Positions 41,899 to 51,943 of a DNA stretch of 64,000 bases are shown here, one piece after another. The position numbers and the translations under genes are program-made. The stretch covers positions 1,312,001-1,376,000 of the forward strand of contig OY970195.1 of assembly GCA_963708185.1 (NCBI GenBank). Direction: 5' to 3'. The notes under the pieces are model-generated. The model was not told the origin of the DNA. It was given only the letters and a program-made list of their open reading frames with translations, and searched no databases. The stretch is from Candidatus Peregrinibacteria bacterium (GTDB lineage Bacteria > Patescibacteriota > Gracilibacteria > UBA1369). Numbering within the stretch: position 1 is the first letter of the stretch; every line of letters begins with the position of its first letter.

Positions 41899-43378
41899 CG
41901 GTTGTTTCGTTAGGTTCGGTTTCGAGGTAAAAATTATTTTTGAAATCTTCGACGATTTCATGGATTTTTGCTTTGACGTCATCATCGAACTTTCCTTTTT
42001 TGATTTTGAGGAGAACGTCTTTGTAACGGTTCTTGATGAAATCCAGGAGAAATTTTTCAGCTTTGACCCATTTGTCCTTGCCAATGTCGTCAAAATATCC
42101 TTCCTGGACGGCGAAAAAGAGGATGACCTGTTTTTCCCAAATGACCTGAACGTGTTTTTCCTGCTTGAGCAGTTCGAGCGTCAGGTCGCCGCGGTGGATT
42201 TTTTTCTTGGCTTCTTCACTGACCTTGGTTTCCAGCTGGGCAAGTTTTTGAAGTTCTTTGTGCTGCGACAGCGCGAGGCGTATCCCGTTGGTGACTTCTT
42301 TCAACGGCGGCGGTTGCACTTTGGAGCCGATGCGTGATACGGAAAGTCCCACGTTGACGGCCGGAAGGAAATCGTTCTGGAAAAGTCCGCGTTCAAGGTA
42401 GATCTGTCCGTCGGTGATGGAAATGAGGTTGGTTGAAATATAGGCGCTGATGTCTCCTTCCTGCGTTTCCACGATGGGCAGTGCGGTCAGTGATCCGCCG
42501 CCGTTCTCTTTGGAAAGCTTGGAAGGTCTTTCGAGGAGTTGGCCGTGCAATGAAAAAATGTCTCCGGGATAGGCCTCGCGTCCCGGAGCTCTTTCCAGGA
42601 GGAGCGCGATATCGCGGTAGGTTTTGGCGTGTTTGGAAAGGTCATCGTAAATGACGAGGGCGTCCTGGCCGTTGTCGCGATAGTACTCGGCGATAGTGGA
42701 TCCTACGAAGGGAGCGAGGTACTGCGAAGCGAAAGAGTCGTTCGCCGTCGCTGCGACGACGGTGGTGTAGCTGAAAGCGTTTTGCTGGCGCAGAAGTTCC
42801 AGCAGCTCCTGGAGCTGCTTCTTTTTCTGCCCGCAGATGACGTAGACGCAATGGATGGGTGGATCCGCGTTGATCTGGTTGAGGATGGTGTCGACGGCAA
42901 TGGTGCTTTTGCCGAGTTTCCTGTCGCCGATGATGAGTTCGCGCTGTCCGCGTCCGATGGGAAGTGTGGTGTCGACAAGTTTTATTCCGGTGGAAACGGG
43001 GACGAGCACCGGTTGGCGGTTGATGATGGTCGGAGCGGGCCTGAAGACAGGCATAAGGTCTCCTTCGATCTCACCGAGCTCGTCGATCGGTTTGCCGATG
43101 CCGTTGACCGTTCTTCCGGCGTAGTCTGCGGAAAAAGGGATCGAGAAGATTTTTTTGCTGCGGAAGATAGGCTGGTTGGCGTCAATTTTTTCGTCGAAGA
43201 AAACCGCCTCCACGTGTTTTTCATCGAAACCGACGACGATGCCGATCGGTTCGTCCTTTGCGTTGACGAGGGTTTCGTGAAGAAAGACATTGGGGAGGCC
43301 CACGATTTTTCCCACGCCGGAATAGTACGAAATAAGATGTCCTATTTCCTTGATTTTACTCCGAAGTTTCTGTGGCAT
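41876..43378 (-). CDS. atpA: ATP synthase alpha subunit
   Basis: PIGRGQRELIIGDR, YDDLSKHA, PGREAYPGDIF, NLISITDGQI. Confidence 0.96.
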
Positions 43379-44123
43379 TGGCGAGTTCTACAAAAAGATT
43401 GTTTTCGATTTCCCGTCCGTTGATTTCGAGACGGTATCCGCTGATGAGGTCGGGGGTTGTTTTTTCGGTAATTTTGACCTCTTTGCTGAATTTTTTGGAA
43501 AGGGCTTGTTCGAGTTGCGATTTTTGGCTTTCTTCAAGAGGATAGGCCGTTTCCAGCGTAACGGAGGGATTGTCTTCCTTAAAGGTTTCGGGGGGAAAGT
43601 TGTCGATGTCTTGCGGGATGTTCCTGGTAAAGTATTTCTGGAACTCCTGTCCCGCCGACGGAGACGCGCCGACTATTTTTTTTGCGGTTTCAATGACGTT
43701 GTTGAAAATCTGTTTTTTGGTGGTCGTGAGCAGTTCGTTTTTGAGGCTGGTTTGCCTCGATTTCAGCTGTTTTTTCATTTGCGTGATCATGGTGTTGACC
43801 TCTTTTTCCGCTTCGGTTTTCGCCTGGGTCTTGATATCTTCGGCGACTTTTTCCGCCTCGACGATTTTTGAGCGGGTGGATTTTTTCGCCTTGGCGAGTT
43901 CGGATTTTTTTTGTGCGGCAAAGGCTTCCTTGTCCTGGGCAAGCTGATCCTGGAGGTCTTTGGCTTCTTCAAGCTCTTTTTCGTCGTTCTCAATTTTGTC
44001 GACGATAGGTTTGTAGATGAATTTTTTCAGGATGAAGAGCAGTATCCCGAAATTGACGATTTGGGCGATGAGCAGATAAACGTCGATGCCGACCTGTCCG
44101 AGGATTTTGATAAATTGATCCAT
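43356..44123 (-). CDS. atpF: ATP synthase subunit b fused to delta(OSCP)-like C-terminal domain
   Basis: LIAQIVNFGILLFILKKFIYKPI + coiled coil; C-terminal TAYPLEESQKSQL..PDLISGYRL; no separate atpH in the operon. Confidence 0.88.
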   Translation of the reverse strand: MDQFIKILGQVGIDVYLLIAQIVNFGILLFILKKFIYKPIVDKIENDEKELEEAKDLQDQLAQDKEAFAAQKKSELAKAKKSTRSKIVEAEKVAEDIKTQAKTEAEKEVNTMITQMKKQLKSRQTSLKNELLTTTKKQIFNNVIETAKKIVGASPSAGQEFQKYFTRNIPQDIDNFPPETFKEDNPSVTLETAYPLEESQKSQLEQALSKKFSKEVKITEKTTPDLISGYRLEINGREIENNLFVELANATETSE

Positions 44124-44332
44124 CAGGGTACAAATTTAAGAATGAGTGCGACGACGAGGGCGTAAATGGCGATGGCTTCGGCAAATGCGATCGCAATGAT
44201 CATGGCGATCTGGATTTTGTCGGAGTTTTCCGGATTTCTCGCCATGGCGAGAAGGGCGGCGGCTCCGATGGCTCCGATGGCGAGGCCCGGGCCGATCGTT
44301 CCGATGCCCATGGCGAATGCGGAGGGATTCAT
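44123..44332 (-). CDS. atpE: ATP synthase subunit c
   Basis: ARNPE loop; AFAEAIAIY with carboxylate Glu. Confidence 0.95.
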   Translation of the reverse strand: MNPSAFAMGIGTIGPGLAIGAIGAAALLAMARNPENSDKIQIAMIIAIAFAEAIAIYALVVALILKFVP

Positions 44333-44344
44333 AGGGTTGAATGG

Positions 44345-45106
44345 TTAAGAATTAGTAGTTTTTTTTGTTGGTTCGACGTGATTGATGGTGCTTGATTTGA
44401 TGAAAGAGAGCGTCAGCATGGCAAAGATGAAGGCCTGGATGACCCCGACGAACACTTCCAGGAACATGAAGGGGAGCGGGATGATATAGGGTACGAGGAA
44501 TGCGATGACGAGGAGCAGTACCTCCCCCGCAAAGATATTTCCAAACAACCTGAATGAAAAGGAAAGTACTTTGACCCCTTCGGAAATCATTTCAAAGAAA
44601 CCGAGAATAAATTTAATCGGATTGGCAAAATTCAGAAAGCGGCTGATGTATTTTTTCAGGCCGAGGCTTTGTAACGAAAAAAACTGGATGGCTATGACTG
44701 AAAAAATCGCAAGCGCAAGCGTCGTCGTCAGATCGCTGTTCGGCGATCTGAGGAGAGGTACCGCGTGTCCGCCGTTCATGACGAAAAGCGATCCCAAAAA
44801 CCCCGGAATCAGTGAGATGAGGTTTGCGGTGACGATAAAAATGAAAAACGTTGATATGAGCGGGAGAATTTTTTTGGTGAGTTCACGGTCTCTGGTGACG
44901 ACGTCCGTGAGCTGCATCAGTTCGTAGATAAGGACGCGGATGCTGTTGATGATGATGTTGTGCTTCCATTTGTTTTTCTTGAAGTAGAACGTCAGCGAAA
45001 GGATGATGAGGATGACGCTCACCACGACGGAGGTCAGGAACGTGTTTGTGATCTGGAAGTTCCCGATGGCAAGGACGTATTCCGGTTGTAGCGTGATGTT
45101 AATCAT
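44345..45106 (-). CDS. atpB: ATP synthase subunit a
   Basis: LSFSFRLFGNIFAGE, IQAFIF. Confidence 0.95.
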   Translation of the reverse strand: MINITLQPEYVLAIGNFQITNTFLTSVVVSVILIILSLTFYFKKNKWKHNIIINSIRVLIYELMQLTDVVTRDRELTKKILPLISTFFIFIVTANLISLIPGFLGSLFVMNGGHAVPLLRSPNSDLTTTLALAIFSVIAIQFFSLQSLGLKKYISRFLNFANPIKFILGFFEMISEGVKVLSFSFRLFGNIFAGEVLLLVIAFLVPYIIPLPFMFLEVFVGVIQAFIFAMLTLSFIKSSTINHVEPTKKTTNS

Positions 45107-45335
45107 GTTTCTCGTTTTTGGATATCAACGGAACCAGATAGCTGTACACTTCGTAAATGTTAATGGCGATTCCTCCGATGACGCCGCTTATGACAAGCAT
45201 CGGAGAGGTATGGAAGATCTGATCAAGCCAGAAGCCCAAGAGGATCAGGATGGTCAGCGGCGCCGCGATCAAAAATCCGAGTTGCCAGGCGAAAGACAGT
45301 GCGTAAAGTATCTTAAATTGACCTTTTTTTGACAT
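45099..45335 (-). CDS. atpI: AtpZ/AtpI-family small membrane protein
   Basis: LGF.IAAP..LLGFWLD..F.TSP; first gene of operon. Confidence 0.8.
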   Translation of the reverse strand: MSKKGQFKILYALSFAWQLGFLIAAPLTILILLGFWLDQIFHTSPMLVISGVIGGIAINIYEVYSYLVPLISKNEKHD

Positions 45336-45503
45336 ATTTCAGCACAGGGAATCTCCGGTCTTTTTTGAATTATACCACTAATACCCGAGAAGGAAATTCT
45401 TTTCTTGCGGTTTATTTTTCGCTGGTCCCGGAAACACCGCGAAATTGATTTCACTCGAGAACGGGAGTAGTTTTTCATTGTACAATTTTTTCATAATAAA
45501 TTT

Positions 45504-46304
45504 ATGGAAACACTTCAGGAACTTTTTGAGCTCTCGGGCTTGACCGCCGTCGTTACCGGAGGGTCTCGCGGGATCGGATTCGGCATAGCCTATCGTCTGG
45601 CGGAAGCCGGCGCGAACGTCGTCGTCGCCAGTCTTCACGAGGATGAAATGGAACATGCAGTCAAAGAAATCAACGCAAAAGGGTGGAAGGCAGGGTTCGT
45701 GAAAGTCGATGTTTCAAAAGAAGAGGACGTTGAAAAGATGGTCGAATTTGCGGTGAAGAGTTTTGGTTCCATCGATATTCTCGTCAATAATGCGGGAATT
45801 TTCCCGTCCGTCTCCATCGCGAAAATGACAAAGCAGGATTTTGAAAAGGTCATTTCCGTGAACCTCGAAGGTGTGTTCCTGTGCACCAAATACGTGAGCG
45901 AACAGATGATCAAGCAGGGGAAGGGAGGCAAGATCATCAATATTTCGTCGATTGACGCGCTTCATCCGTCATCGATCGGTCTGGCACATTACGACGCGTC
46001 CAAGCACGGAGTCTGGGGTTTTACCAAAAACAGTGCTCTAGAGCTTGCCCAGCATAAGATCTGGGTCAACGCCATCGCGCCGGGCGCCATTGCCACTCCG
46101 GGCGTGCAGGAAATGCAAAAAGACACCAAAGGCAAGCCGGTGGACATGGGCAAGGTCCTTGAATCGTTCATGCAGAAAATTCCCATGCGGCGAATGGGGG
46201 AGCCTGACGATATCGGGCGTGCGGCTCTGTTCCTGGCTTCGGGACTTTCGTCCTACATGACGGGAGCCCAGATCGTCGTCGACGGAGGGTATCTGCTCTC
46301 CTAA
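45504..46304 (+). CDS. Short-chain dehydrogenase/reductase
   Basis: TGGSRGIG, NNAG, YDASK, NAIAPG. Confidence 0.95.
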   Translation: METLQELFELSGLTAVVTGGSRGIGFGIAYRLAEAGANVVVASLHEDEMEHAVKEINAKGWKAGFVKVDVSKEEDVEKMVEFAVKSFGSIDILVNNAGIFPSVSIAKMTKQDFEKVISVNLEGVFLCTKYVSEQMIKQGKGGKIINISSIDALHPSSIGLAHYDASKHGVWGFTKNSALELAQHKIWVNAIAPGAIATPGVQEMQKDTKGKPVDMGKVLESFMQKIPMRRMGEPDDIGRAALFLASGLSSYMTGAQIVVDGGYLLS

Positions 46305-46999
46305 AGCAGTTTGTTGTTTTCAGCTTTTTCTTCCTTCTCCTCTTTTTTGATCTGTTTGTTGGCGACGTTCCTTTTGACGTGGAAATTCATCAGTGAAAAT
46401 ACGAGGATGGCGGCAAACATGATGCCGACGATGTTGCCCGCGAAAAGGAGAAATGCGTTGCTGATCATATGCCAGTCGAGTCTGGCGGTGCCGATTCCCA
46501 CGACGGCGAGCGGCGGAATGATCGCCGCAGAGATGGCGATGCCGGGGAAAGTTTCGTTCAATTCGGGTTTGACCATGGCGAACGAAGCCGCGGCGCCTGC
46601 GATGAAGGCTATGGCGAGGTCCATGATGCTGATGCTTTCACGTGCGGCAATTTCAGTCAGGCTCGTGAAGTCCATTTCCAGTGCGAAGAGTCCCACGATC
46701 GACGAGGCGATGAGGCCGACGAGTATGGCCAGGCCGAGCGTTTTGAGAGAGCGGAAGATGACGTGCGAATCCGACATGACGATGCCCATGGCAAGTCCCA
46801 GGATGGGGTAAAGCACCGGCGCGATGAGCATGCTGCCGATGATGATGGCGATGTTGTTCTTGAGTAAACCGAAGGTCGCCATGAGAATGGCCAGAATGAC
46901 GAAAAGGAAAAAGTCTTTTTTTGGAGAGCTTTTGCTTATGACCTGTTCCACCGCGTCGGTTTTGTCGTTTTCCTTGAAGTTTTCGAAAAGTCCCAGCAT
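46301..46999 (-). CDS. DUF389 / TIGR00341-type membrane protein
   Basis: ATFGLL..IIGSMLIAP, GIAISAAIIPPL. Confidence 0.85.
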   Translation of the reverse strand: MLGLFENFKENDKTDAVEQVISKSSPKKDFFLFVILAILMATFGLLKNNIAIIIGSMLIAPVLYPILGLAMGIVMSDSHVIFRSLKTLGLAILVGLIASSIVGLFALEMDFTSLTEIAARESISIMDLAIAFIAGAAASFAMVKPELNETFPGIAISAAIIPPLAVVGIGTARLDWHMISNAFLLFAGNIVGIMFAAILVFSLMNFHVKRNVANKQIKKEEKEEKAENNKLL

Positions 47000-47058
47000 T
47001 GCGTAAAAAAGAAAAGAAAGTATATCTTCACTTTTTATATCATAAATTTTTCTTCAAG

Positions 47059-49260
47059 TCATTGCCCTTTGCTCAAGGCCTTAAGAAGTTCACGGACATC
47101 CTGGTGATTGTTGACGAAAAATTTGGCGGAGGACTGCCCTCCGCCGACTTTTATGGTGTCGGCGCTGGCAGGTAAGGATTTGAACATGTCTTCGTCCGTC
47201 GTGTCGTCGCCGATGCAGAGAATGAAGTCGCAGTGATGATCTTTCAGGTAATGGAGCATGGCATTGCCTTTGTCCGCTCCCGCGTTCCTGATTTCAATGA
47301 CCCTGTTGCCCTGGATAATGTGCAAATCCAGATTCACGGTGAGATGCAGTAGAACGTTGGCAAGGTCCTGGGCTCGCTGGAGCGCCAGCTCGGGGTCCGC
47401 CGCGCGGTAGTGCCAGGCCACCGAAAACTCTTTTTCTTCGATGATCGATCCCGGAAGTCTGTCCCGGTAACGCCGGAGGATGGGAATGACGATTTTTTTC
47501 CAGGTATTGTCGAACGGCTTGATCATCTTCCATCGGTCTTTTTTTTCTCGTTTCCAGATGCCGTGTTCGGCGATAAGGTCGATGTTGGCGGCTTTAAACC
47601 ATTTTGAGAGGGTCGTTCTGTCCCGGCCGCTGATGAGGACGACGTTCGTGTCCGGCATTTTGGCGATTTTTGTCAGGATTTTTTTAAGGCCGTCGTCAGG
47701 TTTCGCCAGTTGAGGATGTCTGCTGAAAGGGACAAGAGTGCCGTCATAATCGAGAACGATCAGTCTTTTGCTGCTTTCATAAAATTTTTTCATGATGCTT
47801 TTCCGTGCCGCAGCCGTGATGAATTTACGTTCGCGTTCCTTGTTCTGCTTGAGTTTGAAATCCTGCAGTTCATAGATGAAGTCATCCGCCCAGCGCTGGA
47901 CGGAATATGCTTTGAGCCTTTCCTGCATGGCGGTATTGCGTTCGCGTTGTTCCTTGGGTTTTTCGGTCAGGGATCTCTTGATGGTGTTCGCGACCTGTTC
48001 GACGTCAAGGGGATTGATGATGAAGGCTTCTCCCAATTCCTGCGCCGCGCCGGCCATTTCGCTGAGAATAAGGGTGCCGTTTTTTTCGGTCTGTGACGCC
48101 AGATACTCTTTTGCGATGAGATTCATGCCGTCGCGGAGCGGCGTTACCAGGGCGACGTCGCTCATGTTGTACATCGCAGAAAGTTCGTGGAAGGGCAGCG
48201 TCCGGTATTGGTAGATAATCGGCGTCCAAGTCAGGGTGCTGTAGGTGCCGTTGATCTTTCCGATCATGCCATCAATGATTTTTTTCATTTTCTGGTAACG
48301 GTCCACTCCGGTTCTCGAGGGAATGATGGTCAGCATGAGCACGGCCTTGCCGCGCCACTGAGGGTTTTTTTTAAGGAACAGTTCGTAGGCCTCCAGCCGT
48401 TTCGGAATGCCTTTCGTGTAATCCAGGCGGTCGATCGACAGAATGATCTTGAGCTCTTTTGTGACTTTTTTGAGCTCTTTCTTTTTTTTAAGTGTCCCCG
48501 CGGAGATCGCTCCCTGGTGAAATTTTTTGTAATCGATTCCCATGGGAATAACGTCGACTTTGACGTTGTGATCGACCGCGCTGATGACGCCCATGTGGTG
48601 TTCGAAGCCCAAAAGCCTCTGGACGCAGCCGATGAAGTAACGCGAATAGTCGTAGGTATGGAACCCCACCAGGTCTGCCCCCAGCATTCCTTCCAGGATT
48701 TCACGGCGCCATTTGACCGGCAGCAGACGGAATATCTCGAAAACGGGAAAAGGGATGTGAAGGAAAAATCCGATCGTCAGCCCCGGCATTTTTTTGCGAA
48801 GCATTCCCGGCAGGAGCATCAAGTGGTAGTCGTGGATCCAGACAGTGTCGTCCGGTTTAAGCTTCTTGATAAGCGTTTCGCAGTACTTTTCGTTGATTTT
48901 TTTGTAGGCTTCCCACTGCCGGGTATTGTAGGAGACGTACGAGGAAAAATAATGGAAGAGCGGCCAGATGGTGTCGTTGCAGAAACCGTTGTAGAAATCT
49001 TCCACCTCTTTTTTTTCAAGGGGGACTCCCACGAGTTTTTGCTGGGAAATCTGGCGGACGATTTCCGGAGTGATTTTTTTTGTGTCGGTGCCGTTCCATC
49101 CAAACCAGCGGTAATCACGGAACGGCGCGTTTTTCGGAGGATTATGAAGATACGAGTTCAGCCCGGTGACGAGCCCTCCGTTACTTTTTCCCAGTCGGGG
49201 CTTTCCGTCCCGCTGGACAATCGAAACAGGTATCCTGTTTGATACAATGATGAGTCTCAT
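47059..49260 (-). CDS. Bifunctional trehalose-6-phosphate synthase/phosphatase (OtsA-OtsB fusion)
   Basis: IIVSNRIP, GGLVTG, WIHDYHL, DRLDYTKG, RDGMNLIAKEY; HAD LDYDGTL, GDDTTDEDMF. Confidence 0.95.
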   Translation of the reverse strand: MRLIIVSNRIPVSIVQRDGKPRLGKSNGGLVTGLNSYLHNPPKNAPFRDYRWFGWNGTDTKKITPEIVRQISQQKLVGVPLEKKEVEDFYNGFCNDTIWPLFHYFSSYVSYNTRQWEAYKKINEKYCETLIKKLKPDDTVWIHDYHLMLLPGMLRKKMPGLTIGFFLHIPFPVFEIFRLLPVKWRREILEGMLGADLVGFHTYDYSRYFIGCVQRLLGFEHHMGVISAVDHNVKVDVIPMGIDYKKFHQGAISAGTLKKKKELKKVTKELKIILSIDRLDYTKGIPKRLEAYELFLKKNPQWRGKAVLMLTIIPSRTGVDRYQKMKKIIDGMIGKINGTYSTLTWTPIIYQYRTLPFHELSAMYNMSDVALVTPLRDGMNLIAKEYLASQTEKNGTLILSEMAGAAQELGEAFIINPLDVEQVANTIKRSLTEKPKEQRERNTAMQERLKAYSVQRWADDFIYELQDFKLKQNKERERKFITAAARKSIMKKFYESSKRLIVLDYDGTLVPFSRHPQLAKPDDGLKKILTKIAKMPDTNVVLISGRDRTTLSKWFKAANIDLIAEHGIWKREKKDRWKMIKPFDNTWKKIVIPILRRYRDRLPGSIIEEKEFSVAWHYRAADPELALQRAQDLANVLLHLTVNLDLHIIQGNRVIEIRNAGADKGNAMLHYLKDHHCDFILCIGDDTTDEDMFKSLPASADTIKVGGGQSSAKFFVNNHQDVRELLKALSKGQ

Positions 49261-49335
49261 GGAATCCCTTAACAGTTTGGGCACTCAAAAAGCCGTCTTT
49301 GTTTTTTCTTCTCTTGTTTAAGTTATAGTGCAATT

Positions 49336-50066
49336 TTTCAGGTATGGCAAGTGAGCTGCGGGCCGGGTTTTTGTGGAAACTGATTTATCATCAATTTTTT
49401 CTTCCAGCGGATTGACGCCGGAGGATAAATGGGTGTATCATTTAATGATACGTTCATTGAAAACAAGGCAAAAAAAAGTTTTGGGAAGAGTCGAGAGGTT
49501 AACATTAACCGTTGACCATTCAACCCTTCCTAAAATTTTCCTCCTCAGTAATATGGGTAGGTTTCATAAGAGAACCTGGTGTTAAAATTAAGCTTCGTGC
49601 TTACTCGCTTTTGTGGTTTCGAAAGGGATCATAAAGGACGTTCATCAGGGATTGTTCCTTTTTATGGTTGTTTTCGGGAGGGCCTGAAGGATGGCCGTAA
49701 AAAGAGTTGAATTTGAACTGGTTGGTATTGTGAGGGTGTCAACGATCCTTATTGTCGCAAGGTTTTAAGGAAGAAGACATTCTGTGATTGCAGCAAGAAC
49801 ACCGGTAACGGTTTTCAAGCAAAGATCATGGAGGTATGGATATCTGGGAAGAAAGTCTTTCCATGGGTTCGTATCTTGGCAGTATTGATTATTCGCGGAT
49901 CGCTGTAGCGCAAGTTACGGTCGTCACGGGGAGAAGTTCGATTGCGAAGCTAGGTGCAATGTAATCTTTGTACTGAACTTTGAGGCCAGTCTTTAAACAT
50001 CTTATGGGACAGGGGAAGATTTGGGCAGGGGACAAAAGGGGCCATCCGCAAAGATGGCCCTTTTTT
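49336..50066 (+). ncRNA. Candidate large (~730 nt) highly structured non-coding RNA, unassigned
   Basis: At least 12 helices rich in G-U pairs, four GNRA tetraloops, long-range nested pairings, no credible ORF, upstream TATAGT, terminal hairpin + U-tract. Confidence 0.75.
50039..50066 (+). terminator. Intrinsic terminator closing the candidate ncRNA
   Basis: GGGCCATC-cgcaaa-GATGGCCC-TTTTTT. Confidence 0.82.
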
Positions 50067-50123
50067 AAAAAAAATGATATAATTTTACAATAAAAGTGAG
50101 TCATAAAATCTTTGAGGAAATTC

Positions 50124-51401
50124 ATGCATACGAAACTTCATCCCAACAAAAAGAATATTGTGGTCCTTGGCGCCGGCTACTGCGGAGTCCAAATCGTGAA
50201 AGAGTTGGCGAAATCATTTCAAAATCGTCGTGATTATCAGATCGTACTCGTGAATTCAGGATTGATGCACGTTTGCAGCCCTGATCTTTACGAAGTGGCG
50301 ACTGCTTATTATCCGAAGATCACAAACTCCTGCATGAAAGAGTTGGCGGATACGTCATACATCCCTTTGCATGTCATTATGAAGAATCTGGACGTTGTTT
50401 TTTTGGAAGACAACGTCGAATCGATTGATTATGAGTCGAAGAAAGTTTCTTTGAAGAAAAACGGATCGCTGGATTTTGAATATTTGGCCGTCACGCTCGG
50501 CAGCGTCACGAATTTCTATCACCTTCCGGGGGTTGAAGAGAACTCTTTTCCGCTCAAAACGATTCAAGACGCACTTGATCTGAACTGTTATCTCGAACAG
50601 TTTTTTAAAGATCGCTGGGAGAAAAAACACCACAACAAAGTGCATCTGGTCGTTGGAGGAGGCGGTTTTACCGGTGTCGAATTCGCCTGTGAACTGAGAG
50701 AATTCATCAGGAAACTCGAAGGGAAATACGGTTTTCAAGAAAACGAGGTTGATATTTCGGTTGTCCAGGGAAGGGACGAGCTCATCGGACTCGGGAAAAA
50801 GATTTCCAATATTGCCCTCAAACGTTTCAAGAAACTCGGGATCCGGGCGATTTTCAATTCCAGAATTGCTTCGTATAAAGACAAAAAACTCGAACTTTCG
50901 GTAAAAGGGAAGAATCATACCGAGTTTATTCCCGCGGATGTTCTGGTCTGGACGGCGGGGGTTCATCCGAATCCCGTTTTGCGTTCATTCAAGATCTTGA
51001 ATCCGAGCGGGGCGCTTGAAGTCCTGCCGACGCTGGAGGCCGCCCACTACCCCCAGGTTTTTGCGGGAGGGGATAACGCGGATATCTTTGATCCAGAACA
51101 TCACAGTTTTTTGCCGAAGCTCGCACAGTTGGCGATGCAGGAAGGGATTACGATTGCCCATAACATTCGCGCGGCCATTGAAACCGGACCTCAAAAGGTT
51201 TATAAGCCCCATTTTAAAGGATTTATTATCGCCATGGGGGGCAAGTATTTTGTTTATAAAGGTTTTGTTACTTTTGGGGGCATCCTCCCATGGATGATGA
51301 GACGCGTATTGGATCTGTTATATTTTGTCGGACTCATGCCCCTGAAGATGGCGTGCAAAAAATGGATCAAGACAGAAGAGATTTTCATGCAAAATGACTA
51401 A
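50124..51401 (+). CDS. ndh: Type II NADH:quinone oxidoreductase family flavoprotein
   Basis: VVLGAGYCG, VVGGGGFTGVEFACE, WTAGV, FAGGD..AQLAMQEG. Confidence 0.85.
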   Translation: MHTKLHPNKKNIVVLGAGYCGVQIVKELAKSFQNRRDYQIVLVNSGLMHVCSPDLYEVATAYYPKITNSCMKELADTSYIPLHVIMKNLDVVFLEDNVESIDYESKKVSLKKNGSLDFEYLAVTLGSVTNFYHLPGVEENSFPLKTIQDALDLNCYLEQFFKDRWEKKHHNKVHLVVGGGGFTGVEFACELREFIRKLEGKYGFQENEVDISVVQGRDELIGLGKKISNIALKRFKKLGIRAIFNSRIASYKDKKLELSVKGKNHTEFIPADVLVWTAGVHPNPVLRSFKILNPSGALEVLPTLEAAHYPQVFAGGDNADIFDPEHHSFLPKLAQLAMQEGITIAHNIRAAIETGPQKVYKPHFKGFIIAMGGKYFVYKGFVTFGGILPWMMRRVLDLLYFVGLMPLKMACKKWIKTEEIFMQND

Positions 51402-51404
51402 GTG

Positions 51405-51896
51405 TTATTTTACATCAATCGTTCTGGACGTCTCCATGTAGGTACCGTTGACTGAATAGACGCTGTGGTCGTTGTTGAACAGCCCTACTTTGATGGTATG
51501 GACCCCGGGGGAAAGCGCATGAATGTGATACCAGGGGCCGAGCATGATGATAAGATGGTTGTCGATATAGAGGTGAACGTGCCCCTCTCCGGGAATGGGG
51601 GCTCCGTTTATGTGTTCGGGAGTGAACGTGAAATTGGTCGTTGTGACGCGGACTTCCCAGGAGTTCATCGAATCTTCGTTGATATCGAACGAGATCGAGG
51701 GGGTTGGTTCGTCCGGCTGGACGTCAAAGGTTTTCAGTGTCATCCCCAGTGGTAACTGAGACGCGGGCGTTACAGGTACCCCGACCTCATACGGCAGCAC
51801 TAAAGAGTTTACATTGTATATTTCAACGAGCAGGATGCTTGCCAAGACGATGAAAGCCAGGACGACGAGGAGGAAAACCGTTTTATGTATTTTCAT
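51405..51896 (-). CDS. Membrane-anchored protein with His-rich putative metal site
   Basis: N-terminal TM; GEGHVHLYID...LSPGVHTIKVGLFNNDH. Confidence 0.7.
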   Translation of the reverse strand: MKIHKTVFLLVVLAFIVLASILLVEIYNVNSLVLPYEVGVPVTPASQLPLGMTLKTFDVQPDEPTPSISFDINEDSMNSWEVRVTTTNFTFTPEHINGAPIPGEGHVHLYIDNHLIIMLGPWYHIHALSPGVHTIKVGLFNNDHSVYSVNGTYMETSRTIDVK

Positions 51897-51943
51897 GTTG
51901 AATGCATTACCGTTTATGCTGAGAGTATGTTACTCTATTGAGC

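Noticed and set aside
41899-42093. N-terminal extension of AtpG in the ORF track (similar extensions for SLATT 55461-55664 and RM 61401-61439)
   Set aside because: Extensions overlap the upstream gene or leader; downstream starts fit family lengths and coupling
44123-44332. Na+-translocating ATPase
   Set aside because: Subunit c lacks the Gln/Glu and ES(T) Na+-binding residues
49336-50066. Assignment as RNase P RNA, tmRNA or group II intron
   Set aside because: No GAGGAAAGTCC core, no tRNA-like ends, no GTGCG start or domain V, and no interrupted host gene visible
49338-50125. Short ORFs 49338-49523, 49373-49585 and 49889-50125, or a pseudogene reading of this gap
   Set aside because: No motifs and stops in all frames; dense RNA helices explain the region better, though a translated search is still needed
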